The notes beneath the pieces are model-generated. The model was given only the letters and a program-made list of their open reading frames with translations, was not told where the DNA came from and did no database searches. Source: Candidatus Saccharimonadales bacterium (GTDB lineage Bacteria; Patescibacteriota; Saccharimonadia; Saccharimonadales; UBA10212). Taken from it: DNA of 64,000 bases. Shown piece by piece: positions 1 through 9,465 of the stretch. The first letter of the stretch is position 1, and every line of letters starts with the position of its first letter. Made by a program: the position numbers and the translations under genes. Where the stretch lies: contig JBEKOJ010000001.1 of assembly GCA_049521895.1 (NCBI GenBank), forward strand, positions 98,717 through 162,716. The letters are read 5' to 3'.

Positions 1-444
1 GACCTGCCCGACCAAAGGAGTATTTTTCATAATTGCTTTAGCTGTGTTCAAAGGATTGCCGAAACGGTTGACTTTATCATTCTGGGCTACCGTCTTGGCG
101 CGCAAAGTTTGACTAGGTCTTAGTTTGGTACTGCGCGCTTTAGGCCGCGGGTTATCGTTGGAGGCTAGTACTTGGGTGTAACGAGCTACTGCTCGGCGCA
201 TTAGAGTTTGTGATTTTTGCGGTTGACGCTGGATGTTCTGGACATGGCGTTGCTGGGGGGCTGATCTTATGGTCTGATTGGTAGTCTTTCGGCCAGAGGG
301 CCTGCGCACGAAGCCGTCGATAACTCCAACGGCCGGTTTAACCTGGCGCGCTACCCTTTTTACCGCCCCGATTAGCTGGCCGGTGACGGCATCATATCTT
401 TTACCGTTGATTTCGATTATGCTTGTGCTGGAGTTTTTACTCAC
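1..444 (-). CDS. hypothetical protein, N-terminal part only (ORF runs off the left edge)
   Basis: Own translation of the minus strand. The frame is open from GTG at 444 down to position 1, with an in-frame TGA just upstream at 451-453. It is absent from the ORF track because it is truncated. No domain recognised. Confidence 0.4.
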   Translation of the reverse strand, partial: MSKNSSTSIIEINGKRYDAVTGQLIGAVKRVARQVKPAVGVIDGFVRRPSGRKTTNQTIRSAPQQRHVQNIQRQPQKSQTLMRRAVARYTQVLASNDNPRPKARSTKLRPSQTLRAKTVAQNDKVNRFGNPLNTAKAIMKNTPLVGQV

Positions 445-587
445 TACAGATCAGCTTGCCCCTTTTGATACGTCACCCATATTACCACCCGACCACCAAC
501 CATTGCAAGTATTGTAAGGAGCACCCTAGCCCTTGAGCTCTTATCTTATTTGTGCGACAATGCGGAAGAGCTACCAGTAAATAAATA

Positions 588-2090
588 ATGGATTTTCTTG
601 ACCCCCGTAAACGGCGCAACTATCAGATCCGATTAATAATTGGCTATGTCTTAGTAACTATAGCTATTGCTTTGGCGACAATAGTTCTGGTTTACGGCGC
701 ATATGGCTACAGCATTAATACTAAAACCGGCAACGTAGTGCAAAACGGCCTATTATTTGTCGGTTCCAAGCCCAGCGGGGCAGAAATTTACCTCAATGGC
801 TCCTCGCTCCATACCACTACCTCAGCACGCTTGGTGCTGGCCGCCGGTAACTATACGCTTAAACTGACAAGGTCTGGTTACCGCGATTGGCAGCGCGCCA
901 TCACCTTGAACGCGCAAACTATAGACCGTTTTGTCTATCCCTTTCTGTTCCCTCAAAAACCACGGGTTGCCAATATGAAAACCTATTCAGCTGAACCAAG
1001 CCTAATAACTCAAACACCAGATCGGCATTGGCTATTGGTGCAAATGCCCAGTACTGATCCGGCTACAGTAAGCTTTGATCAGTTTGATACTACTAAATTG
1101 TCTCAAGCTCCTCAAACCATCGCCCTGCCTAGTAATTTATTGACCAATGCCGACCAGCCTGGCAGCATCCTTACAGAAGTGGCTTGGTCTACCGATAACG
1201 TGCACTTGCTGCTCAAGCACGACTATCAAGGCGGCAGTGAATACATTGTCTTTAACCGGACTTCGCCCGGCGACTCCTTTAACGTTAATAAACTACTGGA
1301 TATTAACCCGTCAGAGGTAGAATTGCGCAATGAATCAATCAGCCAGTTGTATGTTTATGACGCTAGTGCCCAAACTTTAAGCGTGGCTGACACCAGCAAA
1401 AGCGTAGTTGACCCGCCGTTCTTGAGCCACGTGCTAGCCTTCAAGGGCTATGGGACTTCCCTTTTGACTTATGTCACCGATAATAAAATGCCTGCCGGCC
1501 AGGCCCAGGCCCGCATATGGAATAATGGCCAGACTTACGCGCTAGATACCTTCTCGGCAAGCACAAACTATCTTATAGATGCCGCCCAGTATCAGGGCGA
1601 TTGGTACTATGCTGCCGGTAGCGGCGCCAGTGACCACGTCAACCTTTATAAAAATCCTCTCAACAGCCTACAGAATACCGCCAATAGCAAGGCCTTGTCG
1701 TTTATTAGCCTCAGGGTTGCCGGTGCCACTAAAATCAGCTTTTCTACCAACGCCCGTTTCATAGCAGCGGAAGCCGGACAACAATTTGGGGCTTATGATT
1801 TTGAGACCCAAACGCGCTATCAATATACTCTGCAGGCTCCTTTGGCGGGCGTAATGTCCTGGATGGATGGTAACCGGCTGATTGGCGACAGTAACGGCCA
1901 GGCGTACGTGATGGACGGCGATGGCACCAACAAGCAATCGCTGATACCTACAGATTTTGTCCAAGGTGGTTTTTTCAGCAATGACTATAACCATCTGTTG
2001 ACTACGGCACCAGCCAGCGACGGTATCTCAGCGGTCTTGGAAAATGTCGATATGCGCGCCGGCACTGACTTGCCGGTAAGCACACAGTAG
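588..2090 (+). CDS. membrane-anchored PEGA-domain protein with large extracytoplasmic domain
   Basis: N-terminal TM helix (LIIGYVLVTIAIALATIVLVYGAY) followed by a PEGA-like segment (GSKPSGAEIYLNG...GNYTLKLTRSGYRDWQRAITL). The rest is a beta-rich, repeat-like region. Confidence 0.6.
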   Translation: MDFLDPRKRRNYQIRLIIGYVLVTIAIALATIVLVYGAYGYSINTKTGNVVQNGLLFVGSKPSGAEIYLNGSSLHTTTSARLVLAAGNYTLKLTRSGYRDWQRAITLNAQTIDRFVYPFLFPQKPRVANMKTYSAEPSLITQTPDRHWLLVQMPSTDPATVSFDQFDTTKLSQAPQTIALPSNLLTNADQPGSILTEVAWSTDNVHLLLKHDYQGGSEYIVFNRTSPGDSFNVNKLLDINPSEVELRNESISQLYVYDASAQTLSVADTSKSVVDPPFLSHVLAFKGYGTSLLTYVTDNKMPAGQAQARIWNNGQTYALDTFSASTNYLIDAAQYQGDWYYAAGSGASDHVNLYKNPLNSLQNTANSKALSFISLRVAGATKISFSTNARFIAAEAGQQFGAYDFETQTRYQYTLQAPLAGVMSWMDGNRLIGDSNGQAYVMDGDGTNKQSLIPTDFVQGGFFSNDYNHLLTTAPASDGISAVLENVDMRAGTDLPVSTQ

Positions 2091-2100
2091 CTTGCAGATT

Positions 2101-3303
2101 TTAATGCTCTAAGAATTTTAATAACCTCGACCACAAACTAGGCGAGTTACCCGGGATGATAGCCGCCTTGGTCGCTAAGGTGTTGTTTTGGCTATTAGCG
2201 GCAATATTGGTACTAGGGTCCGGGCTGATTTGTTGACCAATAACCACCAAACGATTAGTACTGGTGCCCGGCGGGTCACAGGTGATCAAGCTGAAAGTTG
2301 CCAGCTTGTCGGTTAGCCCGAGCACGCCCACATCCGTCGGCTTAACAATTTCTCTCTCATAAACCTGATAGGTATAGCGTTTACCGTCTTTTTGTAGGTA
2401 AAACGTATCCCCCACCGCTAGCCGGTTTAGCAGCACAAATGCAAACTTATAATGACCCGGGTTCAAGATGTTATTAGATGAGTGCCCGACTATCACGCCG
2501 TTGCCATCTTGGCCAGGCAAGGCCGTATCAGCAAAGTGGACCACGCCCTGTTGTAGGGCGTCCTGTACAGCTTGTTCGTTAATCGAATCCACGTTGTAAA
2601 TCACCGGTATCTCGACGTTAATTTTGGGGATGATGATTTCCGAAGCTAGACTAATGGCGCCGCTGTCAGCAATAATTGGCGTGTTGGTGACGTTACGGCT
2701 GGGCTGGATAAAGGGGGCGATAAACTGCTGATTAAAGAAGCTAAACAAAAATACGAGCAACACTATACAACCGACACCTAGGCCAAAAATCAACGACCGT
2801 ACGTGCTGAGGCGGATTGATCGCTTCCGTGCGCCTGGACACCGATCCCTTATGCTGGCCTGCTGGCCGCATACGGCTTTTGGTCGCTGGCTTGCTAGAAC
2901 TTTCTGCGACCCGAGTCGCCACAGGCAAACTGGTGCCCTGTGCGGCGTAGAATTCCTGCCAAACCTGGTGTTTTTCGGCATCTGTCAGGCCAGCATAATA
3001 TTCGTGCCAGGCGGTTTGGATTTCGTGCATCGGCCGGCCGGACTTGGTCAGCTCCAGTACGTATTTTTGGTGCCTTGATAATTTGGCGTGGGCTTCTGGA
3101 TTAAGGACCTCTTCGACTTCCTCGCTAACGTTCGGGGCGTCACCATAAGCCGCTTGCACCCTTCGCCTGATCGCGTCAGTTATAGCATCACGTTGATGGC
3201 GCTGCTGGTCTTTATTATCTGTTGCCTGATTAGCGCCAGAATCCCCAGGTAGCGGCAGCGAGGCATCAAAATGATCAGAGTGCTTATGTTCGTCAGGTTT
3301 CAT
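2101..3303 (-). CDS. sortase-family transpeptidase with long N-terminal extension
   Basis: TM helix, then catalytic-type motifs VIVGHSS (His), LITCDP (TLxTC-like Cys) and NRLVV (Arg). Confidence 0.75.
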   Translation of the reverse strand: MKPDEHKHSDHFDASLPLPGDSGANQATDNKDQQRHQRDAITDAIRRRVQAAYGDAPNVSEEVEEVLNPEAHAKLSRHQKYVLELTKSGRPMHEIQTAWHEYYAGLTDAEKHQVWQEFYAAQGTSLPVATRVAESSSKPATKSRMRPAGQHKGSVSRRTEAINPPQHVRSLIFGLGVGCIVLLVFLFSFFNQQFIAPFIQPSRNVTNTPIIADSGAISLASEIIIPKINVEIPVIYNVDSINEQAVQDALQQGVVHFADTALPGQDGNGVIVGHSSNNILNPGHYKFAFVLLNRLAVGDTFYLQKDGKRYTYQVYEREIVKPTDVGVLGLTDKLATFSLITCDPPGTSTNRLVVIGQQISPDPSTNIAANSQNNTLATKAAIIPGNSPSLWSRLLKFLEH

Positions 3304-3489
3304 AATTTAAAAAAGCTTAACTTCATTGTACAATAAACACCGTAAAGCCTCCTTGAGCTGTGGTCTTAACCCAATTTTGCGAAGCGGGGCGCTAGCGGCC
3401 GTTTGCAAAATTGAGAGGAGGAGCATAGGCTTGGGGCGAAGCTTTTGTCGTAGGTAGACAAAACGAGCTAAAGCCGTAGGCTCCGACGA

Positions 3490-3576
3490 GGGCGGATGGC
3501 GGAATTGGTAGACGCGCTGGACTCAAAATCCAGTATCCGCAAGGATATGAGGGTTCGACTCCCTCTCTGCCCACCA
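3490..3576 (+). tRNA. tRNA-Leu (anticodon CAA), long variable arm, encoded CCA
   Basis: Hand-folded cloverleaf. Acceptor GGGCGGA/TCTGCCC (one G-T pair), anticodon stem CTGGA/TCCAG with loop CTCAAAA, T arm GAGGG-TTCGACT-CCCTC, then ACCA. Confidence 0.95.
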
Positions 3577-3734
3577 CGTCAGAACTAATATCAACTCCGC
3601 TAAATTTTCTGGCAATCAAGTGACCAAAAAATAGCGGGGTCTTTTATTGTTCTTCCTTTCCGTTTTACGCAGCTCCGCGTAAAGAGGGGCAGCCCGTGGA
3701 AAATACTGCTAGCTACTTTTTACTTGATTTTCAA

Positions 3735-4655
3735 TCACTTTACTCTCAACGCGGTAATGTAATAGCCTAATAGTCCTTCGCTAACCACCTCAGGCATTAG
3801 AAGGCCAGTGATTGCATTATATGTAAATTTCTTTGACACAAATTTGTTAATTGTTCTCGCGGCTCTGGGATGATTAAAATATCTAATCGCGTACCTTTCA
3901 AATCTTTCAAGAGTGGGGAGTGTGTACTTAGAAGCATTCTCACTAAAAAGAACGGAGAAACCATTCTTTTTAGCCTTGTGCATTGTGCTTTCGTAGTCCT
4001 CGAATACGCTTAGAGCCACACCCTTTTCTGCGAGCTTGCACGCCAGCAACTCATTCTCGGTCATCTTAGAACGGTCTTTTGTCGTGTAGCCGTCAAGGAT
4101 GATAAGTACGCCACCTTTCTTCAATACTCTTCTCACTTCAGCAAAAACCCGCGATTTATCCGTGCTGTAACAAAGAGCCTCGATCACAAAAACTATATCT
4201 ATACTATTATCAGCGTACCGGCTTAAATCATGATAATCACCCGCAACAGGTATGTAGTTTGGCAGTTCTTTCGCCTTCTTCTTTGCCAATCCGAGTTGTG
4301 TTGGCGACAATTCTATTCCGTCGAATCTGATGTCGGGATAATTCCCGGCTAAGTAAGTAGATGTCGCCCCCCGCCCTGTGGCCAGCTCCAAAATATTATG
4401 AACACCCGGTCTCTTAATATATTTCTCAACAGTTCTTGCAGCTTCTAACAAATCGTCTTCTTTATAGACTCCATCCCTGCTGATACCCATGTACATTCTG
4501 TCTGACGAGACATAGAACAGAGAGTATCCTATCCTGCTGGCTCTGTAGTATTTTTGAATGTACTTTTGGTCTGGCTCTAGATCCAGCAGACTGCCCAGAT
4601 CAAACACCTTTTTTATTTGATTTAACTTATTTTGTAGTTTATCGTCTCGTTTCAT
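3735..4655 (-). CDS. class I SAM-dependent methyltransferase
   Basis: Motif I ILELATGRGATSTYLA, post-I IELS, motif III-like VLKKGGVLIILD. GC is lower than the backbone. It resembles small-molecule or lipid methyltransferases rather than DNA methyltransferases. Confidence 0.8.
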   Translation of the reverse strand: MKRDDKLQNKLNQIKKVFDLGSLLDLEPDQKYIQKYYRASRIGYSLFYVSSDRMYMGISRDGVYKEDDLLEAARTVEKYIKRPGVHNILELATGRGATSTYLAGNYPDIRFDGIELSPTQLGLAKKKAKELPNYIPVAGDYHDLSRYADNSIDIVFVIEALCYSTDKSRVFAEVRRVLKKGGVLIILDGYTTKDRSKMTENELLACKLAEKGVALSVFEDYESTMHKAKKNGFSVLFSENASKYTLPTLERFERYAIRYFNHPRAARTINKFVSKKFTYNAITGLLMPEVVSEGLLGYYITALRVK

Positions 4656-4764
4656 TCAATAGCGATGATTATAACTCATTAGCGACCATCAGCTTTCCAT
4701 TGTTAGCGTAGAATCAGTCAAACGAGGATATTGAGATGGATTTGTGAGGAAATACCCGCCGCTA

Positions 4765-4869
4765 TTATAAATAATCAATAATTGACGAGGATAGGGCCTC
4801 GAAGGTTTTTTCCGGCTGCTGCATCAACCAGACGTTAGCGTAAGCCGCCAGCTCTGTGCAAAACGGTGG
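4765..4869 (-). pseudogene. displaced, diverged 3' end of the YjeF_C-like gene (paralogous to 6309-6415)
   Basis: Minus-strand translation gives ..FCTELAAYANVWLMQQPEKTFEALSSSIIDYL*. The intact gene C-terminus is ..WQTVLAAYASVWLLQQPQKPFETLSTATCAYAMK*. About half the residues are identical, and no upstream coding body exists. Confidence 0.55.
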
Positions 4870-4994
4870 ACAAAAAAGAAGGAAGATGTGCTCATTGCTT
4901 TTTTATCATACTTATGTTAAAATACACACCAGTCCTTTATCAAGGCGAAGGTTTCCAGCAACTTCCATCTCAAGAGAGTTAGGAGGCAGTACTG

Positions 4995-5957
4995 ATGCGC
5001 CAAGCCCTTGCGGACATTCCCAATTTGCTACGCGTTGGCACTCGCGTGATGCGCGGTAAGCCGATCGGCTTCAGTTTCAACGTTGCTGACCGCTGCCCGG
5101 TCAATTGCAAGTGCTATTGGCGGGCGATGGAGAGAGTTTCTGAACTTTCTCCGGACGAAATGGTCGCTTTCTTCGAACAGAAGGCGCGCGAGGGCTACAT
5201 CCACGTCAACATGGTGGGTGGTGAGCCGTACGTGCATCTGAAGAGCGACTTGCTCGAACGCCTTGCGGCGACGATGCCCTCGGTCTGGATTACGACTTCG
5301 GGCGTCACTCCGCTGAAGCACATCCCGAACGTTCTTCACTTCATCTCCATCGACGGAGCTGATGCGGAGACTCACGACCGGGTGAGGGGCTTCCCCGGTC
5401 TCTACGACCGCATCGTCGGACACCTGTCTGACGCTCGGGCGAAGGGACCTTTCCCGGCGTGCTTGCACGTCACGCTCAACAGCCAGAACTACCGTCAGGT
5501 ACGCCAGGTCCTAGAAGTCTGGCGTGTCAACGGTCTGGTCGACGGCGTGGCCTTCAGTACGCATACCCCCATCCACGGTGCGGACGACGATTGGCTCCGT
5601 CTTTTTGACGAACAGTCCGAGAGTCTCGTCGAGGATCTTCTCCAGTGCAAACAGGAGTTTGGGGGCTTCCTCCTCAACACTCCTGCAATGATCCATCGTC
5701 TACTTCCGGAGAATATGCGGAAACAGACGCCGGACAACTGCCCGACGGCGCGCTTCGTGGATTCGTTTCACGCAGACGGGTCGAAGATCGAGCAGTGCAT
5801 CTTCACGGAAAAGGGCGACTGCTCGGGCTGTGGGTGCGCGGTGAACACCGCGCTGGAAAGCATTCCACTCGGCTGGGGGTTCGACCTTCAGTCAGCCAAG
5901 ATGCTTCGCAAGATCCTGCCGCCGTACGAGCAGTCTCGCTTCCTGCAACAGTCGTGA
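4995..5957 (+). CDS. radical SAM / SPASM-like protein with atypical Cys spacing
   Basis: Contains the GGEP motif (NMVGGEPYV), ISIDGADAETHDRVRG, and a C-terminal Cys cluster CIFTEKGDCSGCGCAV (SPASM/twitch-like). The N-terminal cluster reads CPVNCKC (CX3CXC, not CX3CX2C). About 60% GC. RBS AGGAGG lies 7 nt upstream. Confidence 0.7.
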   Translation: MRQALADIPNLLRVGTRVMRGKPIGFSFNVADRCPVNCKCYWRAMERVSELSPDEMVAFFEQKAREGYIHVNMVGGEPYVHLKSDLLERLAATMPSVWITTSGVTPLKHIPNVLHFISIDGADAETHDRVRGFPGLYDRIVGHLSDARAKGPFPACLHVTLNSQNYRQVRQVLEVWRVNGLVDGVAFSTHTPIHGADDDWLRLFDEQSESLVEDLLQCKQEFGGFLLNTPAMIHRLLPENMRKQTPDNCPTARFVDSFHADGSKIEQCIFTEKGDCSGCGCAVNTALESIPLGWGFDLQSAKMLRKILPPYEQSRFLQQS

Positions 5958-5979
5958 GCTGAGAAAAAGGAAAGGAATC

Positions 5980-6258
5980 ATGACGACCAGAGGACGAAAC
6001 TACGTTCGCTACTGGGTCAACAGCGAACTATGGGGCAGTCTGCTCATCTGGGTGGTGATCGTCTGCGGGCTAGGCGGGCTTTCGATTGCCGCCAGCGTCA
6101 GGTGCTTGATGGATGGTGTGTGGTACGTCGTCCCGATCATCCTGGCCGTGATCGTCTTTGAGATCACGTTGCTCTGGTGGATGGATCGAGAGGGCGGTGG
6201 CATCTTCCATCAACGGAAGCTCATGCGCCGAGCCATCAAGAGCTTTGGCCAGCTCTAG
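5980..6258 (+). CDS. small two-TM membrane protein
   Basis: Two hydrophobic helices (LLIWVVIVCGLGGLSIAA; VVPIILAVIVFEITLLWW). Same high GC as the radical SAM gene, 22 nt downstream of it, with RBS AAGGAAAGGA. Confidence 0.5.
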   Translation: MTTRGRNYVRYWVNSELWGSLLIWVVIVCGLGGLSIAASVRCLMDGVWYVVPIILAVIVFEITLLWWMDREGGGIFHQRKLMRRAIKSFGQL

Positions 6259-6272
6259 TTGCAATACAGGGA

Positions 6273-6314
6273 AAGGGTCGGGGCTCCTTCGGGAGTCCTG
6301 GCCCTTTGTTATTT
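6273..6314 (+). terminator. rho-independent terminator of the GC-rich two-gene insert
   Basis: AAGGGTCGGGGCTCC-TTCG-GGAGTCCTGGCCCTT forms a stem of about 15 bp (with G-T pairs), followed by TGTTATTT. It abuts the stop codon of the convergent gene. Confidence 0.6.
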
Positions 6315-7106
6315 CATAGCGTAAGCACAAGTAGCGGTAGAGAGAGTTTCGAATGGTTTTTGGGGCTGTTGGAGGAGCCAGACGCTAGCGTAGGCGGCTA
6401 GAACTGTTTGCCAGTTAGATTCGGCTCGCTCGGGGGTGGTGCTTACCTTCCCGCCAGAGGCCACAACCAGATTATCGGCGTGTTTTGTGATGAAGGTTGC
6501 CGGGCAGCTGTTGGTCCAATCGGCTAAGACTGTTACCAGTTCATACAAGTTCATGCTATGCAAAACCGGCGTACTCGGCCGGTTATTTTTAGCCAGTTTC
6601 TGCAATTTACCCAAATTGATAACTAATACAGTGTTAGGCCGGTTCACGAGTTTGCTGCTTGGGCCTAAGAAGTAATCAAGTCCATCTTGGGCCACAGTCA
6701 CCTGCCCGCTGTATTTATCCAAGAATGAATCAAGCAAGATCGCTGTCTCGGAATTACGGCCAAAATCGCCTGCCAGCAGCACACCCTCAGCCCACTCGGC
6801 ATTCTCTAGCAGTTCTGCAGAGGCCTGGCGGCTAAAACTGCCACTGGGCGTACTCGGGGCAAATATTGCCTCGGCAAAACTTGTTCCCAATATTTTTCTG
6901 GTAGAGTCAGGCAGCAAAACACGGGCTGTACCTATACCGGCTTTAGCCGCAGCTACAAAAGCCGTTGCTGGCGTGGCAAATCCATGCGAGCTACCACCAA
7001 CAATCAACAACTTGCCCGCTTGGCGTTTATTTTCCGGCCGGCTCCAGAGCAGGTCCGGAAATAGCGGCTTATCCGGCGTTTGTTTTAACCAATTGGTATT
7101 TTCCAT
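6309..7106 (-). CDS. YjeF C-terminal / carbohydrate-kinase-like protein (NAD(P)HX dehydratase-like, degenerate)
   Basis: The N-terminal region KRQAGKLLIVGGSSHGFATPATAFVAAAKAGIGTARVLLP matches the family pattern. The usual GxGD motif near the C-terminus is not evident. Confidence 0.55.
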   Translation of the reverse strand: MENTNWLKQTPDKPLFPDLLWSRPENKRQAGKLLIVGGSSHGFATPATAFVAAAKAGIGTARVLLPDSTRKILGTSFAEAIFAPSTPSGSFSRQASAELLENAEWAEGVLLAGDFGRNSETAILLDSFLDKYSGQVTVAQDGLDYFLGPSSKLVNRPNTVLVINLGKLQKLAKNNRPSTPVLHSMNLYELVTVLADWTNSCPATFITKHADNLVVASGGKVSTTPERAESNWQTVLAAYASVWLLQQPQKPFETLSTATCAYAMK

Positions 7107-7881
7107 CTCTCTTTTCCAGTTCGTAAACCAAGTTCTTGCGTTCCACGACTATTTTCCAGCCTTTTCTGGTTGCATAGTCAAAAAGTTCGCGCTCTGGGTT
7201 GAAAGCTATAGGCTGTTCTACTAGGTTAAGCATTGTCGCGTCACTGCGGCTGTCTCCTACCCCAACACTACCCGTGAAGACAACGCTATGCTGCTTTACC
7301 AACTTTTTCAATGCCCTGTCTTTATAATGCGCTGGTACCATTTTAGCGCCGGAAAAACCGTTCTTGGAGCGTTTGTACTCTGTCGCTATAAAATCATCAA
7401 AACCATAATAGTCTGCCACTTTAGCGACAATCTCTGTTTGTGAACCGGAGATCGCGAACAGCAAGTAGCCCTGCTTCTTATATTTTGCGATTAAATCGCG
7501 AGTATAGGTGTAAATCTGATCTTTATATTCATCAAAGACGCTGTTAATTGCCCTGTCCAGTTGTTCGAAAGTAATATTTTTTAGCGCCGCTTCATATATG
7601 ACTACAACCTTGGACTCGTAGTCTTTAAATGATGAGCTAGAGCGTCTTTTCCAAGCCATGCGGGCATCGCGCATCGTCTGATATAGCTTTGGGTCGATAT
7701 TACCCTGGCGGGCCAGCGTATCAGTTACTGAGTGGTACAGCTGCCACCGAATCAGTGTCCCATCTATATCAAAAACCGCGAACGGCTTGCGTGCCGCGGC
7801 GGCCTGCCTTCTGGCGGAGCCAGAAGCACCGCCACCGGCTCTTGGCGAACCGCTGCGTTGCTGGCTGCGATACTCTTTCAC
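7069..7881 (-). CDS. HAD-superfamily hydrolase (SerB-like subfamily IB)
   Basis: DxDGT motif in FAVFDIDGTLIRW, later ISGS and GVGDSRSD motifs. Confidence 0.75.
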   Translation of the reverse strand: MKEYRSQQRSGSPRAGGGASGSARRQAAAARKPFAVFDIDGTLIRWQLYHSVTDTLARQGNIDPKLYQTMRDARMAWKRRSSSSFKDYESKVVVIYEAALKNITFEQLDRAINSVFDEYKDQIYTYTRDLIAKYKKQGYLLFAISGSQTEIVAKVADYYGFDDFIATEYKRSKNGFSGAKMVPAHYKDRALKKLVKQHSVVFTGSVGVGDSRSDATMLNLVEQPIAFNPERELFDYATRKGWKIVVERKNLVYELEKRDGKYQLVKTNAG

Positions 7882-7974
7882 CGTACCCTCCTGTACGGCT
7901 CAGTCCGTTTCTCGCCAGCGCCTTGCGCCTCATCCAAGCACGCAACCCGTCTTCTCTGTGCAGTCATTACTCAA

Positions 7975-8547
7975 TTATAGTTCTTTGAGCAGCAAATCGA
8001 TATAAGGCTGCGGATTCGTACAGTAATCGTCATGTACGCCCGGCAGCTCAATGAACTTTACGTGAGTACCTTTGAGTTTGTACTTTAATTCTGGACTGGT
8101 GAAAGGATCGTCACGGTTGCGGACTATTATCGTTTTTCTACCAGCTTGACCCACGAGTTTTTTTAGACGCCCAAGCCGATTGTTATTTATGATGCCAAGC
8201 CACATGTAGATATGCCGTCGGAAAAAATAGTAAATCTCCAACAGCTTTTTCCAGATGTAATACCACCAACCAAAGTTCTCCACGTGATAGCGCTTGGTTG
8301 AACGGGTGTGCGCAGCTATCCGCTTGATTAAAGGCCTGCCCGGCCAATAAGTCGGGCCAATTAACATTAAAAGCTTGGCCTGAGCCACTGCCGGTATCCC
8401 ATAGATCCCGGCCGAGTGCGCCACTATTATATCGGCCTTTTTGCGGTTCTTGACTAACCTAAAGCCTGTATTAGATAGAGCCTTTCTAAATTGTCTGGTA
8501 TGCATAGGCCCGCCGGCGAAGCCTTCAATTACAGCTACGGTTTTCAT
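7975..8547 (-). CDS. alpha/beta-hydrolase-like protein
   Basis: Possible nucleophile elbow IVAHSAG, and late Asp/His candidates (NRDDPF, GVHDDY). The assignment is weak. Confidence 0.45.
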   Translation of the reverse strand: MKTVAVIEGFAGGPMHTRQFRKALSNTGFRLVKNRKKADIIVAHSAGIYGIPAVAQAKLLMLIGPTYWPGRPLIKRIAAHTRSTKRYHVENFGWWYYIWKKLLEIYYFFRRHIYMWLGIINNNRLGRLKKLVGQAGRKTIIVRNRDDPFTSPELKYKLKGTHVKFIELPGVHDDYCTNPQPYIDLLLKEL

Positions 8548-9374
8548 AAATCGATTTCAAGGCTGATCGGGCAGTGGTCAGAGCCCATGACGTCTGGGTG
8601 GATTTCGGCAGCTTTAATCTTGGCTCTTAAGCTGGCTGAGACTAAGAAGTAATCAATCCGCCACCCGACATTTCGGGCGCGGGCATTGGCCCAATGCGTC
8701 CACCAGGTGTAAAAACTGTTACCTTTGTGAAATAGCCGGAAACTATCTATAAAACCGGCGTCAATATAGTTCTGGAACCCCTCGCGCTCTTCGTTGGTAA
8801 AACCGCGCTTGCCGACGTTCTCTTTGGGACGGGCCAAATCATCTTCGGTGTGGGCGACATTCAAATCACCGCAAAATATCACCGGTTTTTTCTTCTCTAA
8901 CTCCTTGACGTAGGCCAAGAACGCCGGGTCCCAGTGCTTATGCCTAAGCTCTACCCGGCTTAGGTCATCAACGGCGTTTACGGTGTAAACATCGACCAGC
9001 CAGAATGCGTCAAATTCGGCAGCGATTACCCTGCCCTCGTTGGCGGCGTTGCGGTTTCGATTGTCCGCGAAATTGTATTTTTTGACTAGCTCTGCCGGCA
9101 GGTCGTTGATAACTCGTCTGGGCTCAGTCTTGGTAAAAATAGCTGTGCCGGAATAACCAAGCTTATGCGCCGAATTCCAGTGTTCTTTGTAACCCTCAAA
9201 CTCAATCTCGACCTGGCCCCGCTGGGCCTTGGTCTCCTGCAAGCACAAGATGTCGGGTTGGTACTTGGCCATGAATTCCTGCAGCGCCCCTTTGCGCACC
9301 GCTGCCCTTATGCCATTGACGTTCCAAGAATAAATCTTCATTAGATTCATTGTACCAAGTTTAAGCGAGTCCAA
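8544..9374 (-). CDS. xth: exodeoxyribonuclease III (AP endonuclease)
   Basis: MKIYSWNVNGIRA, LCLQETK and GSDHCPISLE motifs. The true start is probably the internal MKIYSW Met near 9341. Confidence 0.9.
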   Translation of the reverse strand: MDSLKLGTMNLMKIYSWNVNGIRAAVRKGALQEFMAKYQPDILCLQETKAQRGQVEIEFEGYKEHWNSAHKLGYSGTAIFTKTEPRRVINDLPAELVKKYNFADNRNRNAANEGRVIAAEFDAFWLVDVYTVNAVDDLSRVELRHKHWDPAFLAYVKELEKKKPVIFCGDLNVAHTEDDLARPKENVGKRGFTNEEREGFQNYIDAGFIDSFRLFHKGNSFYTWWTHWANARARNVGWRIDYFLVSASLRAKIKAAEIHPDVMGSDHCPISLEIDL

Positions 9375-9465
9375 AGCCTCTAAACAAACTTACCCTTACC
9401 CTAAGTGGAGCCGGGCCGGTAGGCTGTGGAGATGCGATAATTGCGCTAGCCGCAGCTCAGACAGA

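Noticed and set aside
2040-2090. The C-terminal ..DLPVSTQ of the PEGA-domain protein as a sortase LPXTG signal for the adjacent sortase.
   Set aside because: The motif lacks the Gly and is not followed by a hydrophobic segment and a positively charged tail. It sits 2 residues from the stop.
3392-3619. The 75-aa minus-strand ORF across the tRNA-Leu gene, and the 68-aa ORF at 60761-60967 next to tRNA-Gln.
   Set aside because: The first is antisense to a well-folded tRNA. The second lies in the att-like scar. Neither has an RBS or any recognisable similarity.
6355-6375. TTTTTGGGGCTGTTGGAGGAG inside the YjeF_C-like gene as a ninth junction motif copy.
   Set aside because: Only the TTTTTGGGGCT part matches. 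It encodes ..QQPQK.. within an intact gene, lacks the TCGA(T/C) core, and is probably a coincidence. It is noted because this gene end is also duplicated.
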